Assembly: GCA_977018835.1 (NCBI GenBank)
Contig: OZ361256.1
Location: 3,906,001-3,970,000, forward strand
DNA from: Minutocellus sp. GHC0000111
Taxonomy: Eukaryota
DNA length: 64,000 nucleotides
Reading direction: 5' to 3'
Shown here: positions 22,458 through 34,383 of the stretch, piece by piece
Layout: each line of letters begins with the position of its first letter
Numbering within the stretch: position 1 is the first letter of the stretch
The notes under the pieces: model-generated
Told to the model about the DNA's origin: nothing
What the model saw: the letters and a program-made list of their open reading frames with translations, nothing else
Database searches by the model: none
Position numbers and translations under genes: made by a program

Positions 22458-24269
22458 TTATCCCCAGAATCGACTGATTGCCAATCCAACGGCACCTACC
22501 ATTGCGACTGCCACCGATATGCGTTCCCACTTGAGCCTTCGATCATTTTCAATCACCTTGGTTTCCATGGTCACCTTCCTCACGCGGCTTTTGAGAAGTC
22601 GGGACAGTAAGGCATCACCCAAGAGTTGGGCAGGTGTGCCAAATCCATCCTCCGAGTTGGGAGGCAAATCATCTCGGCCATGGACGAGGGTGAGAGCAGC
22701 CTCGGAAACACACTGGGCGGTACATAGATTACCTGGGTCTCCCTCGAATACGAGGCGACACGTGCCACGGTCGACAACACCTTTGGATTTGCTGTCGTCA
22801 TTTGGCACAGACAAAACCTCACAATAAACATCAGAATATCCCATTTCGTTAATCCAATCTGGTGTTCCAGCACCCGGTGGAAGAACGTAATCTAGGAGTT
22901 TCTGTCCAACGATGGGCATCTTGAGGGTAACCGTCATAGCAGCGAGGGCAAAACTATAGGAAAGAGCAGGGATGATCGAAAATATGTTGAGATAGCAAGT
23001 AAGGTCGAGACCAGCGGGAAGAAATCGCTCCCAGTACGTAAAGGACTCCTCTTTCTTGCCGTTGGCTTCACTCGGTGTGTAATACTTGAGAGCAAAAGCA
23101 GAGGCGTGCACAATTTTGGCATTGCACACGGCCATGAAGAAGGGAGCTGATACGGTGCAGCCAAAGCCACTCAATTCAGAATCAAGGGTGAGGGACTGAT
23201 TCTTCCACTCGGCAAGAGCAGCAGAATGTCTCCAAGCATTGAGGCTTGGGTCTGCCTTCTTCGATGGCAATATCAGTTCGAACGGGTCGTTCATGAAGAA
23301 TGGAATCGGGCGGAGCTCACCACTACTCTCATCGAACAACATGTGCTGAAGATTGACGGGTATCGTATTCACAGCTGTTTCGACTGTGCCGCCGTTGGCA
23401 CCACCGAAGCACGAGTGCCAGCATTTGGCTTGGACAATCTGAGGGGTGGGGGCATCCTCCTCGTTCTTGGCCTTGACCTCACGAAGAGATCTGACGGCAG
23501 CGTAGACGGCCAGATCGGAGGGGATGGAATCGAAGCCACAGAAACTGATGATGCGGGCGCCCGACTTGGCAGCCACGGGACCGAACTTGGACCTCATCTC
23601 TCCAGCCCAGTGCGTCTCGCCGGTAATGTCGACGTAGTCGGCTCCGGTCGTGGCGCACACTGAGACGACGTTGCTGCCAAACTTGGAGAATGGACCCGCC
23701 GTGTTGAGAACGACCCTGGTACGCGATGCCATGGTCGTCAAGGCATCGATGTCATCGGCATCGGCGACGAATATATCAATCTCAATGGCACTGGCTGAGT
23801 ACTCCTTGAGTGATTGGAGATTTTCCAGGACGGTCTTGAGCTTCGCCTCATTCCGTCCTGCAATTGTCAGTCGGAGAGGTTTGGTCACTGTGACAGCGGT
23901 AGTGGCCGTCGCAGGTCGATCGGGAGTAGTTTCGGCCTTGATCGCGTCGTAATCGGTGTCGTCTTCGTCGAGACGGGCCGATCCCTTCTTCTTGTCGAGA
24001 GAGGATGACCTTGACGTGGAAGCCGAACCAGAAGCGTCAGAGGGAGATGCTGCTGCTGCGGCCGCCGAAGCGACGAGGTAGTTGCACACATGTCGAGCAA
24101 CGAATCCCGTGGCACCGAATACAGTCACATCGGTGGCAATTTTCGCCTCATCGCGTTGAGTATCCGTCGTCACTTGAGGTGAAGCTTCTGCCAACGCCGA
24201 GGCATCGTTGGCGCCATCGGACGACAGCCGAGAAGACACCGATCCGGAAGCACTGCTCGAATTTCCCAT
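22458..24269 (-). CDS. Saccharopine dehydrogenase-like oxidoreductase (SCCPDH / trans-acting enoyl reductase family) with C-terminal TM anchor
   Basis: DVTVFGATGFVA, IAGRNEAKL, VLNTAGPF, YVDITGE, FCGFDSIPSD, GFGTPA. MGNSSS start is a possible myristoylation signal. Confidence 0.85.
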   Translation of the reverse strand: MGNSSSASGSVSSRLSSDGANDASALAEASPQVTTDTQRDEAKIATDVTVFGATGFVARHVCNYLVASAAAAAASPSDASGSASTSRSSSLDKKKGSARLDEDDTDYDAIKAETTPDRPATATTAVTVTKPLRLTIAGRNEAKLKTVLENLQSLKEYSASAIEIDIFVADADDIDALTTMASRTRVVLNTAGPFSKFGSNVVSVCATTGADYVDITGETHWAGEMRSKFGPVAAKSGARIISFCGFDSIPSDLAVYAAVRSLREVKAKNEEDAPTPQIVQAKCWHSCFGGANGGTVETAVNTIPVNLQHMLFDESSGELRPIPFFMNDPFELILPSKKADPSLNAWRHSAALAEWKNQSLTLDSELSGFGCTVSAPFFMAVCNAKIVHASAFALKYYTPSEANGKKEESFTYWERFLPAGLDLTCYLNIFSIIPALSYSFALAAMTVTLKMPIVGQKLLDYVLPPGAGTPDWINEMGYSDVYCEVLSVPNDDSKSKGVVDRGTCRLVFEGDPGNLCTAQCVSEAALTLVHGRDDLPPNSEDGFGTPAQLLGDALLSRLLKSRVRKVTMETKVIENDRRLKWERISVAVAMVGAVGLAISRFWG

Positions 24270-24792
24270 GATGTGTTCAAAGTAAGTTGCCGATGAGAAT
24301 AGATCGTAAAGCAAAGGACAACGTCAAGAGCGCATCCAAACTTGGCCTCGGGGTACTTGTTCCTTTGCTTTGCTGCTTTCTCTTCCGATAGATTGCTTCA
24401 ATGCGCCTCAAGCCAGCCAGGCAGAACAAGTTGGCACGCGAGAATTTTGCGCGCCAATTCAGATGATGCCAGCCCATCCAACTTCGCCGACTTCGCCGTT
24501 CAGTCGAGTGGGTCTACTTTGGCGTACTGGCACGATGGAGGTTCCTCTATCAACAATTCGGTGTTTTCACGTACGCACGAAGCTGGTCCCGTTTCTTTGA
24601 AGACCTCAGGTTGAACCTGAGCGACCGTCCATCTCCACGTGAAGGTCGGCCCATCAGCCATATCGCTCATTTAGTTAGTTGTAGTTGTAGCGGCGTTTGT
24701 GGAACCAAAGAAGCTCCACCGCAAGTATCAGTTGGATATCGGCGCATCTCTCTTGCCTACTTCCGGATCACTCACAAACAAACACTTGCACA

Positions 24793-27700
24793 ATGACCAG
24801 AGCCAACAACTGCAGGAAGCTCGTGCTTCCCGCGGCGACGACCATGGCGGCGGCTGCCGCCGTCCTCATCGCTGCTTCCACCAGTACCACTGGCGTCGAG
24901 GCTGCTCTTTCTCCCTTTGTAGTTGCCGGCGTCTCGTCGGTGGGTCGTCCCGCCGCTTGGGGGACAGTGGAGAGCATCCCTCGTGGTGGATCGACAGGTA
25001 AGACGAACAATACGTTTGGCGCGCGCTTCGCAGATGGAGCAACCGCCTTGACTTGTGGTACAGAACAAAACGAAATAGAAATTGTCAAAAGCTTCCCAGC
25101 ATACAAAATCCATGAGACATGCACCAGGATACATCTCTTGCATGCAAGAAGAACATATCGGCGCTCGTGGATTCCATTAATTCGATTTGGATGAGAAACG
25201 TCAACCAGTATTATCTCATGTGTTTGAGATATCGAAACATCTGCTTTTGATGGGTTCTCCGATCATTTTCCTCTTTTGAACCTACTTCTTCTCTAACACC
25301 CCTTCCTCTTCCCTTCACTTTTATATCTTGCGCATCTGATTTTATGAATCAAACTGACACAACAATATCATAACATCCTTTGCACTTAAAAACAGCCGCC
25401 GCACCCGCTGAAAAGCCAAAGAAGAAGAAAAAGAAGTCGTCCAGTTCGACCAAGAAGTCGTCTTCCTCGTCCTCTGCCGCCGCCAGTGCCAGCAGCAAGA
25501 AGAAGATCATTCACGCCAAGGGACATACTCTGGAAGAGGAGGACCTCTCCACCGCCATCCTGGGCGGATCCGTCGGCAAGAACACCATGAAGGTGTACCT
25601 CTACTCCGACGAAGACGGCGGCGACTCTGGCGTCGGCATGACGGAGGGTGCCATGCTCGAGCTCGGTGTGTTCGACGGAGACACCATCTCCATCAAGGGT
25701 AAGCGTGGTCGCAGGACTGTTGCCACCGTGGCCATGATTTCTGATTCCGATGCCTCGGCCCTTGGGGGTGGTGTCAGCAGTGGTGATGGCGACTCCATTC
25801 TCGATGGTTGCCTCACTGTCGGTATGTCGCAGGATGCCATGAAGAACGCCGGAGTTCGGGCCGGAGACGCCGTCAAGGTCACTCCTGCCCCCGATGTCAA
25901 GTTTGGCAAGAATGTTCTCATCCTCCCCTACGCCGACTCACTGGCTTCGGCTGGTGTTGAATCTGGCGAGGAGGCCAACATTTTCGAGGACTACCTCCGC
26001 CCCTACTTTGAGGGCAAGTTCCGTACCTTGGCTCGTGGCGATTCCTTCCGTGTTGACGGACCCCTTGGAGTTTTGGAGTTCCAGTGCGTTGAGATCGACA
26101 CTGTTGAGGTTGATGGAGACTCGGCCTGCGTCGTTGTGGACGACACCATTATTGAGTGCGACGGTGAGTCTGTTGAGCGCGACGAGAACGACCTCGACGG
26201 AGCTGGATACGATGCCATCGGTGGAGCGAGCAAGCATCTTGCTGCTGTTCGGGAGCTCGTTGAGCTGCCCCTTAAGCACCCCGAGCTTTGGAGGAAGCTT
26301 GGTATCAACCCTCCCCGCGGTGTTCTTTTGACTGGACCATCGGGTTGCGGTAAGACCGCCATGGCTCGTGCTGTTGCTGCTGAGACCGGCGCCTATTTCT
26401 TCGTCATCAATGGTCCTGAGGTTATCTCGAAGAAGGCTGGAGAGAGTGAAACCAACCTGCGACGTGCCTTTGAGGACGCCGAGGCCAATGCCGAGGATTA
26501 CGGTGGTGCCATTGTCTTCATTGATGAGATCGATTCCATTGCCCCCAAGCGTGAGAAGGCTGGCGGTGAAGTCGAGAAGCGTATCGTTTCCCAGCTCCTT
26601 ACCCTCATGGATGGCCTCAAACCTACCTCCAAGGTTGTTGTCATTGCCGCGACTAATCGTCAAGGTGTTATTGAGCCCGCCCTCCGTCGTCCTGGTCGTT
26701 TCGATCGCGAACTCGACATGGGCGTCCCCGATGAGGCCGGACGTCTCGAAATTCTTCAGATCAAGACCAGGGATATGCGTCTCGGCAAAGACGTTGACCT
26801 TGAGCTTCTCGCTCGTGGAACTCATGGTTACGTCGGTGCTGACCTCCAGCAGCTTTGTATGGAGGCGGCCCTGGAGTGCATCCGTAGCAAGATGGGCCTC
26901 ATTGATTTTGACAAGGACAAGGTTGACAAGATGATTCTTGACAGCATCGTTGTCGAAGAGAAGCATTTTGAGCATGCCATGGCGGTCGTTCACCCCTCCT
27001 CGCTCCGCGAGAGCCAGGTTGAGGTTCCCGATGTCCACTGGGAGGACGTTGGCGGTCTTGAGGACGTCAAGCGCGAGTTGCATGAGACTGTTCAGTACCC
27101 CGTTGAGCACGCCGACAAGTACGTCAAGTTCGGCATGAGCCCCAGTAAGGGTGTGCTCTTCTACGGCCCTCCCGGTTGCGGTAAGACTTTGCTTGCCAAG
27201 GCCATTGCCAACGAGTGCGGAGCCAACTTTATCAGTATCAAGGGACCCGAGCTCCTTACCCAGTGGTTCGGAGAGAGTGAGGCCAATGTTCGTGAGCTCT
27301 TCGACAAGGCTCGTGCTGCCAGTCCTTGCATTCTCATGTTCGACGAGATGGACTCCATCGCCAAGGCAAGAGGAAGCGGCGGCGCTGGTTCCAGTGAGGC
27401 CGGCGACCGTGTCATCAACCAGATCCTTACCGAGATTGACGGTGTCGGAGCCCGCAAGAACGTCTTCGTCATTGGAGCTACCAACCGTCCTGACATCCTT
27501 GACCCCGCCGTCATCCGTCCTGGTCGTCTCGATCAGCTTATTTACATCCCCCTTCCCGACCTCAAGAGTCGCGAAGCCATCTTCAAGGCCGCTCTACGAA
27601 AAGCCCCGATCGATCCGGAAGTTGACATCGAGGTCCTTGCCCGATCAACACACGGTTTCAGTGGTGCCGATATCTCCGAGATTTGTCAGTCGGCATCCAA

Positions 27701-28013
27701 GCTTGCCATCCGCGAAGCCATCCTCGCCGAGGAGGACCGCCGGAAGAAGGTCGAGGCCGGCGAGCTCGAAGAGGACGAGGGCAAGATGAGCGAGGAGGAG
27801 ATGCTCATCACCAAGAAGCACTTCAACTTCGCCATGTCCAAGGCACGACGCAGTGTCAGCGAAAAGGACCTTGCTCTTTTCGAAGAGTTCGCCGAGAAAC
27901 AAAAAGCAGGAAGAGGCGAAGCTGCTACCAACTTCAAGTTCGGCGAAGGCGGCGAAGAAGGAGATGCAGAGGGTGATGATGATGGAGCAATGGATGATCT
28001 CTATGGCGAGTAA
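24793..28013 (+). CDS. CDC48: Cdc48/p97 AAA ATPase with bipartite N-terminal targeting sequence (symbiont-specific SELMA-type sCdc48); exons 24793-24997 and 25396-28013
   Basis: Two AAA cassettes (GPSGCGKT...FIDEID...RRPGRFD; GPPGCGKT...MFDEMD...RPGRLD). Exon 1 encodes a hydrophobic signal peptide plus IPRGG. Intron GTAAGA...AACAG preserves frame. C-terminus DDLYGE. Confidence 0.9.
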
Positions 28014-28390
28014 ATATGTAATGCCAAACATAATAAATTAACAAAAACGCTAACTATATACACAGTCCTTGTATCAATAAGCCTCTAGCTAGGTGCAAAG
28101 ATTTGCTACGTAGTGAACTCCCCTACCGGTATCCGACCGACCTAAGAGTAGGCGTACTAGTAGGCCTGACTACCGGTAATTAGTCTGTCCGTCCCGCGAG
28201 CCTCTCACGAGGCTTGGAAATCATTTGGCCCTCAAGTTAATCAACCAGTACCGGTATGTTCAATAAATAGATAGGAATTCCTAGCTAGACGTTTCAAAGG
28301 TGAATAGCAATATCTTTTAAATTTACTAGTGGTAGTAACGCCGCGCTCATTAATAATGTCCGGCGTCATACTCATCGTCGTCAGGGAAGG

Positions 28391-30274
28391 TTATCCTTCC
28401 TCAATTCCTTCGTATTCGAAGAGTCTGTAACTGTACCTGTGATCGTCACTGATGAGGTAACCGACCTGACCGACCAGGTATTCAATTTGTGCATCATCGC
28501 ACTCAGCAGGGCCATCCCAAGTCTGAGAACTCAGGGTTGCCTTCCTCTTGCTGTGGATAAGATCTATGTCGTAGCTCTCAAGCCACACCTCAAAGAGAAA
28601 GTCCTCGCGCTTGGCATGGCCGTAGACGCGAGTCTCAACAAAGATCTCGAGTCCGAATTCCTCGCCCATTCGTTTGGTAATCTTCTCGGCGATCTCCAAA
28701 TCGGAATCCAAGGAAGAGCAGGCTACGACCAGGTGGCCCTGGAATTCTCTACCCTCCGGAGAATCGTACGTGATTCGCTCGGTAAAGTTCTTGCTCTCAA
28801 TGAGCTGATCCACGAACTTGAGATTCTCCTCCTTCTGTTCCTCGGTGGCATCTCCATCTTCGAGAGATTTGTTGATGTCTGACATCATCTCGTCCCATTC
28901 GAGGATTTCCTTCGGTGTCTCTTTTTGATAGAACTCCTCCGAGTACACGGAATCATAGGGCATGAAGTCGTCATCGTCGAAGAAAACTTCGTCGAACTCA
29001 GGATCGTACACCTCCTTCATCCACTCCTGCATATGAGACATTTGAATCTCATCATCGTCAGGAGTTCCAAGCTCGATAATGTTGGTTTGGCTCGGATTCT
29101 TGGTTGGAATTTCGTCGTAACCCAAGCCCTGCCAGTACTTCTCGAGCTCTGTCGTGTCAACGCTTTCAGTCTCCTCCCAGGTGAACTCAAAGTTGCGCTC
29201 TTGGTCGGCGGCATACCTCTCGTATACCTCCATCTGATACAACCACTGGGGGAGGACGATAGGGGCCTCCGGGTTGTGCTTACAAGCGGCAAGGAATATG
29301 TTAGTCATGTTGAATTGCAGATCGTAGAGGAGCATCTTCTCGGGTTTGTACATGGGACGATCGTCATCTTCCATCTCCTTGATGGTGTAAAGCAGCTCGG
29401 CGTACTGTGCTGGGTCGGTCGCATTGAGCTTGGACAGCTCCTCATCCTCATCAAGTTTGTCGAAGTTGGAGAAGCCCTCATACGTGCCATCTGCCATGGC
29501 CTCCTTCATTGCATAGTATTCTTTGGCGGCTTCATCGATACTAACGAGCATCTCGTTGGTGGCAGCGGCAGCCTCGAGAGAGGGGCCGTCCTCAGGGAAG
29601 GCATCTTCTCCCCCAAGGGCTTTGAACTCAGCAGTTGCCTCCTCGATGTCTTCATCAGTGAGCTCCTCGATTTCATCTTCAGTTACTTCAAAGGCCTTGG
29701 CCTTCTTTTCGATTTCTGCGAGTTCTTCCTTTGTGAGGTTCTCCTCGAAAAACTCGTCGAGGGTCTTATCCCAGGCATCGGTAACGCCCTCCTCCTCGAC
29801 CTGGTCACGAACCATCTTCTTCACGGCCGAAATCGCCTGAAGTCGGGGAAGACTTTTCTCGAGCAACTCCTTTTGTGCAGTATAGTTGGGATCATCAGGG
29901 TCCTCCTCAAGAGGAACGTACTCATCCTCTACATACTCGTCCGAAACTTCCTCGTCATACTCTTCGTACTCATCGCCAGCTGCGAAAAGCCGGCCCAAAG
30001 CGGCGCGGCGAGCGTTCGCTGATAAGAATGCAGTGCTGGGCAAGCTTTTTAGAGGTAATTGACGACGCATATCCAATCCACCAGCTGGCTTGACTGCCAC
30101 GGATGATCTAGGAACCCCGGTGGTGGCGGAGGCTGCGGTAGCTCCCTGTTGACGAGGCTGGTTTCGATGAAATGTGTAGGCTTCAGTAGTTTCCGGAGCG
30201 AGGCAGAAAAAGATACACGCCAACATGGCAGCATTTATACTGTAAATGGCGGCGGAATGGTTTCCGGAAGCCAT
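28391..30274 (-). CDS. Highly acidic protein of unknown function with signal peptide plus transit-peptide-like leader (probably plastid)
   Basis: Long ORF with strong coding codon bias. MLACIFFCLAPETTEA-YTF is followed by a basic Ser/Ala-rich stretch ending RLFA, then a D/E-rich body. Confidence 0.7.
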   Translation of the reverse strand: MASGNHSAAIYSINAAMLACIFFCLAPETTEAYTFHRNQPRQQGATAASATTGVPRSSVAVKPAGGLDMRRQLPLKSLPSTAFLSANARRAALGRLFAAGDEYEEYDEEVSDEYVEDEYVPLEEDPDDPNYTAQKELLEKSLPRLQAISAVKKMVRDQVEEEGVTDAWDKTLDEFFEENLTKEELAEIEKKAKAFEVTEDEIEELTDEDIEEATAEFKALGGEDAFPEDGPSLEAAAATNEMLVSIDEAAKEYYAMKEAMADGTYEGFSNFDKLDEDEELSKLNATDPAQYAELLYTIKEMEDDDRPMYKPEKMLLYDLQFNMTNIFLAACKHNPEAPIVLPQWLYQMEVYERYAADQERNFEFTWEETESVDTTELEKYWQGLGYDEIPTKNPSQTNIIELGTPDDDEIQMSHMQEWMKEVYDPEFDEVFFDDDDFMPYDSVYSEEFYQKETPKEILEWDEMMSDINKSLEDGDATEEQKEENLKFVDQLIESKNFTERITYDSPEGREFQGHLVVACSSLDSDLEIAEKITKRMGEEFGLEIFVETRVYGHAKREDFLFEVWLESYDIDLIHSKRKATLSSQTWDGPAECDDAQIEYLVGQVGYLISDDHRYSYRLFEYEGIEEG

Positions 30275-30883
30275 TTGATTCGGGTAGATTGCCGTTGCCG
30301 ATGCAGGACGACGACGGAGGTCGTCACCTGCCATCGAGCTGGCCGGCATCACTGGCGTCGATGGGCTCGAAGTCAAATCGTCGCCACCGTCAACACCCGA
30401 TTCCCGGCAGCGCCTCCTCGAGAGCATTTTACCGAAATCTGATTCGCCAATAGGCTTTGCTGCCTTTATGCTTACTAGTAGCTTCTTGCAGCTCACCGGC
30501 TGATGGTTGGAGAAAGAGATCGAGAGGTGGCTGGGCGGCAAAACGGTCGACGGAAAGACGCCAGCTCATATCCTATTGAAAGATGGACGGCTGCCAGAGT
30601 ATTACCGTGAGACGTCTACCGTAGATGAAATTGTTGTTGACAAGCCCATTCCCAATTTACCGGTATGCTAAAGGTGGCATTATTTGCTCATTATTATGTT
30701 ATGCAGGCTATTACAAGGGCTAACATCGCCCAATCAATCATCACTTTGTCAGACGTTCCATAAGTTAAATTTTCGTCATTTCGGATATCTCTGGAGGAAC
30801 CGTTCCCTTTCGAACAGTTGGTTCCCACTGGTTGCAAAAGTGAAAATGCGTCGACAATAAATTTAGAGTGCTCAATTATCAGA

Positions 30884-32635
30884 TTACTCCTTGGACTTCT
30901 TCTTCTTTTTCTTTTTCTCCTTCTTGTCCTGAGAAGAATGTTTGATTTGATAGTATAGAGAAGAGGAGGAAGTTAGATACAGGTATTCGACAGACTCACA
31001 TACATCACGATATCAAAAGCATTCACCACACACATGCGGCCAGGTCTAGTTATGCACTCACCTTCTTTGCCGACGGCTTTTCATCGGAATCGGAGCCACC
31101 ACCGTTGGGAGTGTCAACCTCCATCTTCGCATCGTCTTCCTTCTTGGCGGGCGTTGATGGAGCTGAGGAACCACCAAGGGGGGCAACAACCGAGGCACCG
31201 CTAACATCCTTGTAACCCTCTCGCCAATCAGCAGGTGTGTTGTCGTTCGGCTTTCCATGCTTATCAAGCTTTCCTTCCTTAATGAGCGACTTCTTCCTCT
31301 GAGCCATTGGTCCCAGACCCCATCGTCGAGGGTATGTGTCACGCTCCATAATAACTCGCTTGATCTTGGCGACACAGCCATGATCGCAAGTGGCCATGAC
31401 AGCCGTGGTCATTTGAGCAATGGCAACAGCGATGGCCTCACCCTTGGTCGTCATCAAGACTACCTCGTCATTGATGTCAATGTTGTCTGCGAACCGAAGC
31501 AGACCGGGGATCATCAGCTTGGCACCGTAGCAGATGGCATTCACAGCGGAATCCTTGACGACCACTCGCTTGTAGTTCGTAAGGAGGGTCTCGAGGGGCA
31601 TGACAACTCTGCGGAGGTAGGCCTCGTTCTTGGTGCTGTCATAGACGTGTTGGGCATCAAGGACGTCGTGCATGGTAACCATATTGTCCGCCTCGGACAG
31701 GACACCGGAACGGACACGGCGCAGCTCCTGCATGTGTCCGCCGGTACCAACGAGCAGACCAAGGTGGACGCACATGGTTCGGATGTACGTTCCAGCCTCG
31801 CACGAGACCCAGAAGATGCCCAAGTTGCGCTTCTCGTCGTACTCAATAAGCTTGGATTCGTAAATGGTACGGATACGAAGCTGACGCTTCACAGCCGAGA
31901 TGAGGGGAGGACGCTGGAAGAGGGCACCGGTCAGAGTTTCGACGGCGCGGTTCAGCTTGCGCGTGTCCTCAATGGCCGAGTGAAGACGGACGACGCCGAT
32001 GTACTCCTTACCAGCCGACTGCTGCGCCTTGACGAGGCGGGTGGCCCGGTCGATGCAAACGATAAGGCAGCCGGTAACCTTGGGATCGAGCGTTCCGGAA
32101 TGTCCGGTCTTCTCGACGCGCAGGATGCGCTTGATCCAGGACACGACCTCATGACTCGAGGGGTTGGCGGGCTTGTCCAGATTGATCACACCATAAGAGA
32201 GATGCGTCTTGAGAGGTCGGGCCAAGGGAGACGATCCGGCGGGGATGGGGGTATAATGAGAGGTACGGACGTGAAGCTGATCATAATTCCGAAGGAGCAG
32301 AGGCCATTTCGAGGTGTCAATCTTCGGCGTCGATGAGGAGGGCTTGATCATATGCCCAACGGAGGAATTCGCCGGCGCATCCTCGCTCACAGCAACTGCC
32401 TCGCCGTCCGAGGCCTTGCGCTTCTTTTTGGATTTCTTTTCTGCAGTTCAAGAGTGCATAATAATGTGCGACAAGGCAATAGGGATGAGATCGATATTGA
32501 TGCGGTTGGGTGTTGGCACGGAACGCCCTCGTGCCAAGAGAATATCTCATGCGGCAACTCAAAACCCAAGCAATCATATCAGTATTCGCCGCTATTGCAC
32601 AACCAGCTTCAGACATACTCACCCGAACCTCCCAT
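30884..32635 (-). CDS. CBF5: H/ACA snoRNP pseudouridine synthase Cbf5/dyskerin; exons 32635-32623, 32440-31062, 30928-30884
   Basis: [41 protein letters not shown] region, [12 protein letters not shown] and Lys-rich tail. Both introns are GTGAGT...CAG and keep frame. Confidence 0.95.
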
Positions 32636-33066
32636 ACTTCGATATTAGCAAAAGGCGAAAAGGTATCCTACACGAAATGCTCGATACTCTACTGGCTGGG
32701 CGGCTTCAATACAAGCGAACTGGGGGATGTCGGGATAATGGCGGAGAACGGCCGGCCACCAGCTGCTGTCGTTTCGACGGACAGACGAAGACGTTTGGTG
32801 CGGTGCGCGCGGGGTGCGGGGCGGATGATATGATTATGATTTTTTTCACAAGAAGAGGCTCAGTGACGGGGATCAACAGCGAGACAATACCGGTACAAGA
32901 TGTAAGGCTGGCTGGACTTAGATCTGGCTAGAGATTGGTGTATTATCAGTACGGTTTGGACATGACAGACTATCTTTAAATGCCTCCTACATGTAGTAGA
33001 GTTAGACTTCTTAGGAACCGATCAGTTACCGGTACGATCGTAAAAAAGAATAAAAAAATTAAATCA

Positions 33067-33818
33067 TCAATGCCCCCCACCGTCTCCATGCTTCTCTCGA
33101 TTCGCTCTAGCTTGTGCAACCTTCAAATATTGGGCATGGATAAGGTCCAGGAATCGCTCATCTTGAATCAGAGAGAGAAGTGATAGCTGCAGCGACTTCT
33201 TGTCCAGTACGGGATTATTGTTGGCATGATGATGATGGCGATGCGGTTGCTTCGCACCGTCGGCGCTTCCATCGGCTGGTGCTCCGGTCGCACCAGCAGC
33301 TGGAGATACCGATAAGCCCTGCATGGCAGCACCCGCCGCTGCAACTTGCTGATTAGTACTGCCAGCACTCTGCTGCTGCTGCTGCTGCCGAACTCCAAGC
33401 GCCTCGGCATCATGAGAGTGTTTCTCCTCCAACTGTTCGATCTGCTCCAGACTGGAAACGATTCTCGTCAGCAGGGTGGACACGGCCTCCCGCTCGGCAC
33501 TGTCATGGAACCAAATACCGCGGATCTGGACGACGCCATCGCCCTTGGTCTCGCGAAAGATCAAGTAGGGCTCCTGCACCTGCATTTGGAATTTGCCGGT
33601 GATGGGCACCTCGAGATTTTCCTTCGAATTGCGATTGAGCACCACCAGCTTGAAGCGGGGGGATTCGCTCCGCTTGGCAATGAAGAGGGATCCCTCGCAG
33701 CCGGTCTTCTCCCACTGCTGGCTGTCCACCGAGAACTCGTAGAGGACGACGTGCGTTGCGGACCACTGAATGTCAAGAATGAGGGGTCCAGGCGGGCTTC
33801 TGCGATTTTGGTTGCCAT
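33067..33818 (-). pseudogene. DCP1: mRNA decapping cofactor Dcp1 (EVH1 domain plus C-terminal trimerisation helix) with a frameshift at about 33781
   Basis: SATHVVLYEF...WEKTGCEGSLFIAKR...RFKLVVLNR...IRGIWFHD and LDKKSLQLSLLSLIQDERFLDLIHAQYL. The only nearby ATG (33818, MATKIAEARLDPS) is out of frame at CCC TC ATT. Confidence 0.75.
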
Positions 33819-34383
33819 GATGCTGATTAAATGAGTCAAATTCCGATACGAACAATATGATAGTGACGTGATATCGAGGAGGAGCCGAGCTAGCCGTAGC
33901 TACCGATGCGATACCGGCAGGATACGTTGAGGAACACGAGATGTGCCGGCTTGGTTTCGCTAAATAAATTACCAATGACCTCTCAAACAAGGGCAATCGA
34001 ATGAATCGAATCGAATGAATCCCGCCGACGAGCCGACGAGAAATTTCCCGGGAATGAGAAAATGTTGCGCTTGGCGCGAAGTCGATGGGCTGCGCGTTGG
34101 TGCTGTGCCCTCATATTCTGTACCAAAATCGACCACAAACGAAGCGATAAGAGAGTCAATAAGCCGAGGCGACTGTGTTAACTTCCATATATTTGTGCTT
34201 CATTCATCAGAGCGGTAGAGACAAGCTTTCTCGCCTCTCCACTTTCTTTTGATTGAAGCGACGCTTCTCGACTCCGAAGACGGTCGCATCAGATCAAAGC
34301 AAAACTGAAAAACCCACTCCCACGACCGCCGACAAACCATTACCGTGAAGCAGCCAAAGGCAACCATTTGAACCCGTTGCACG

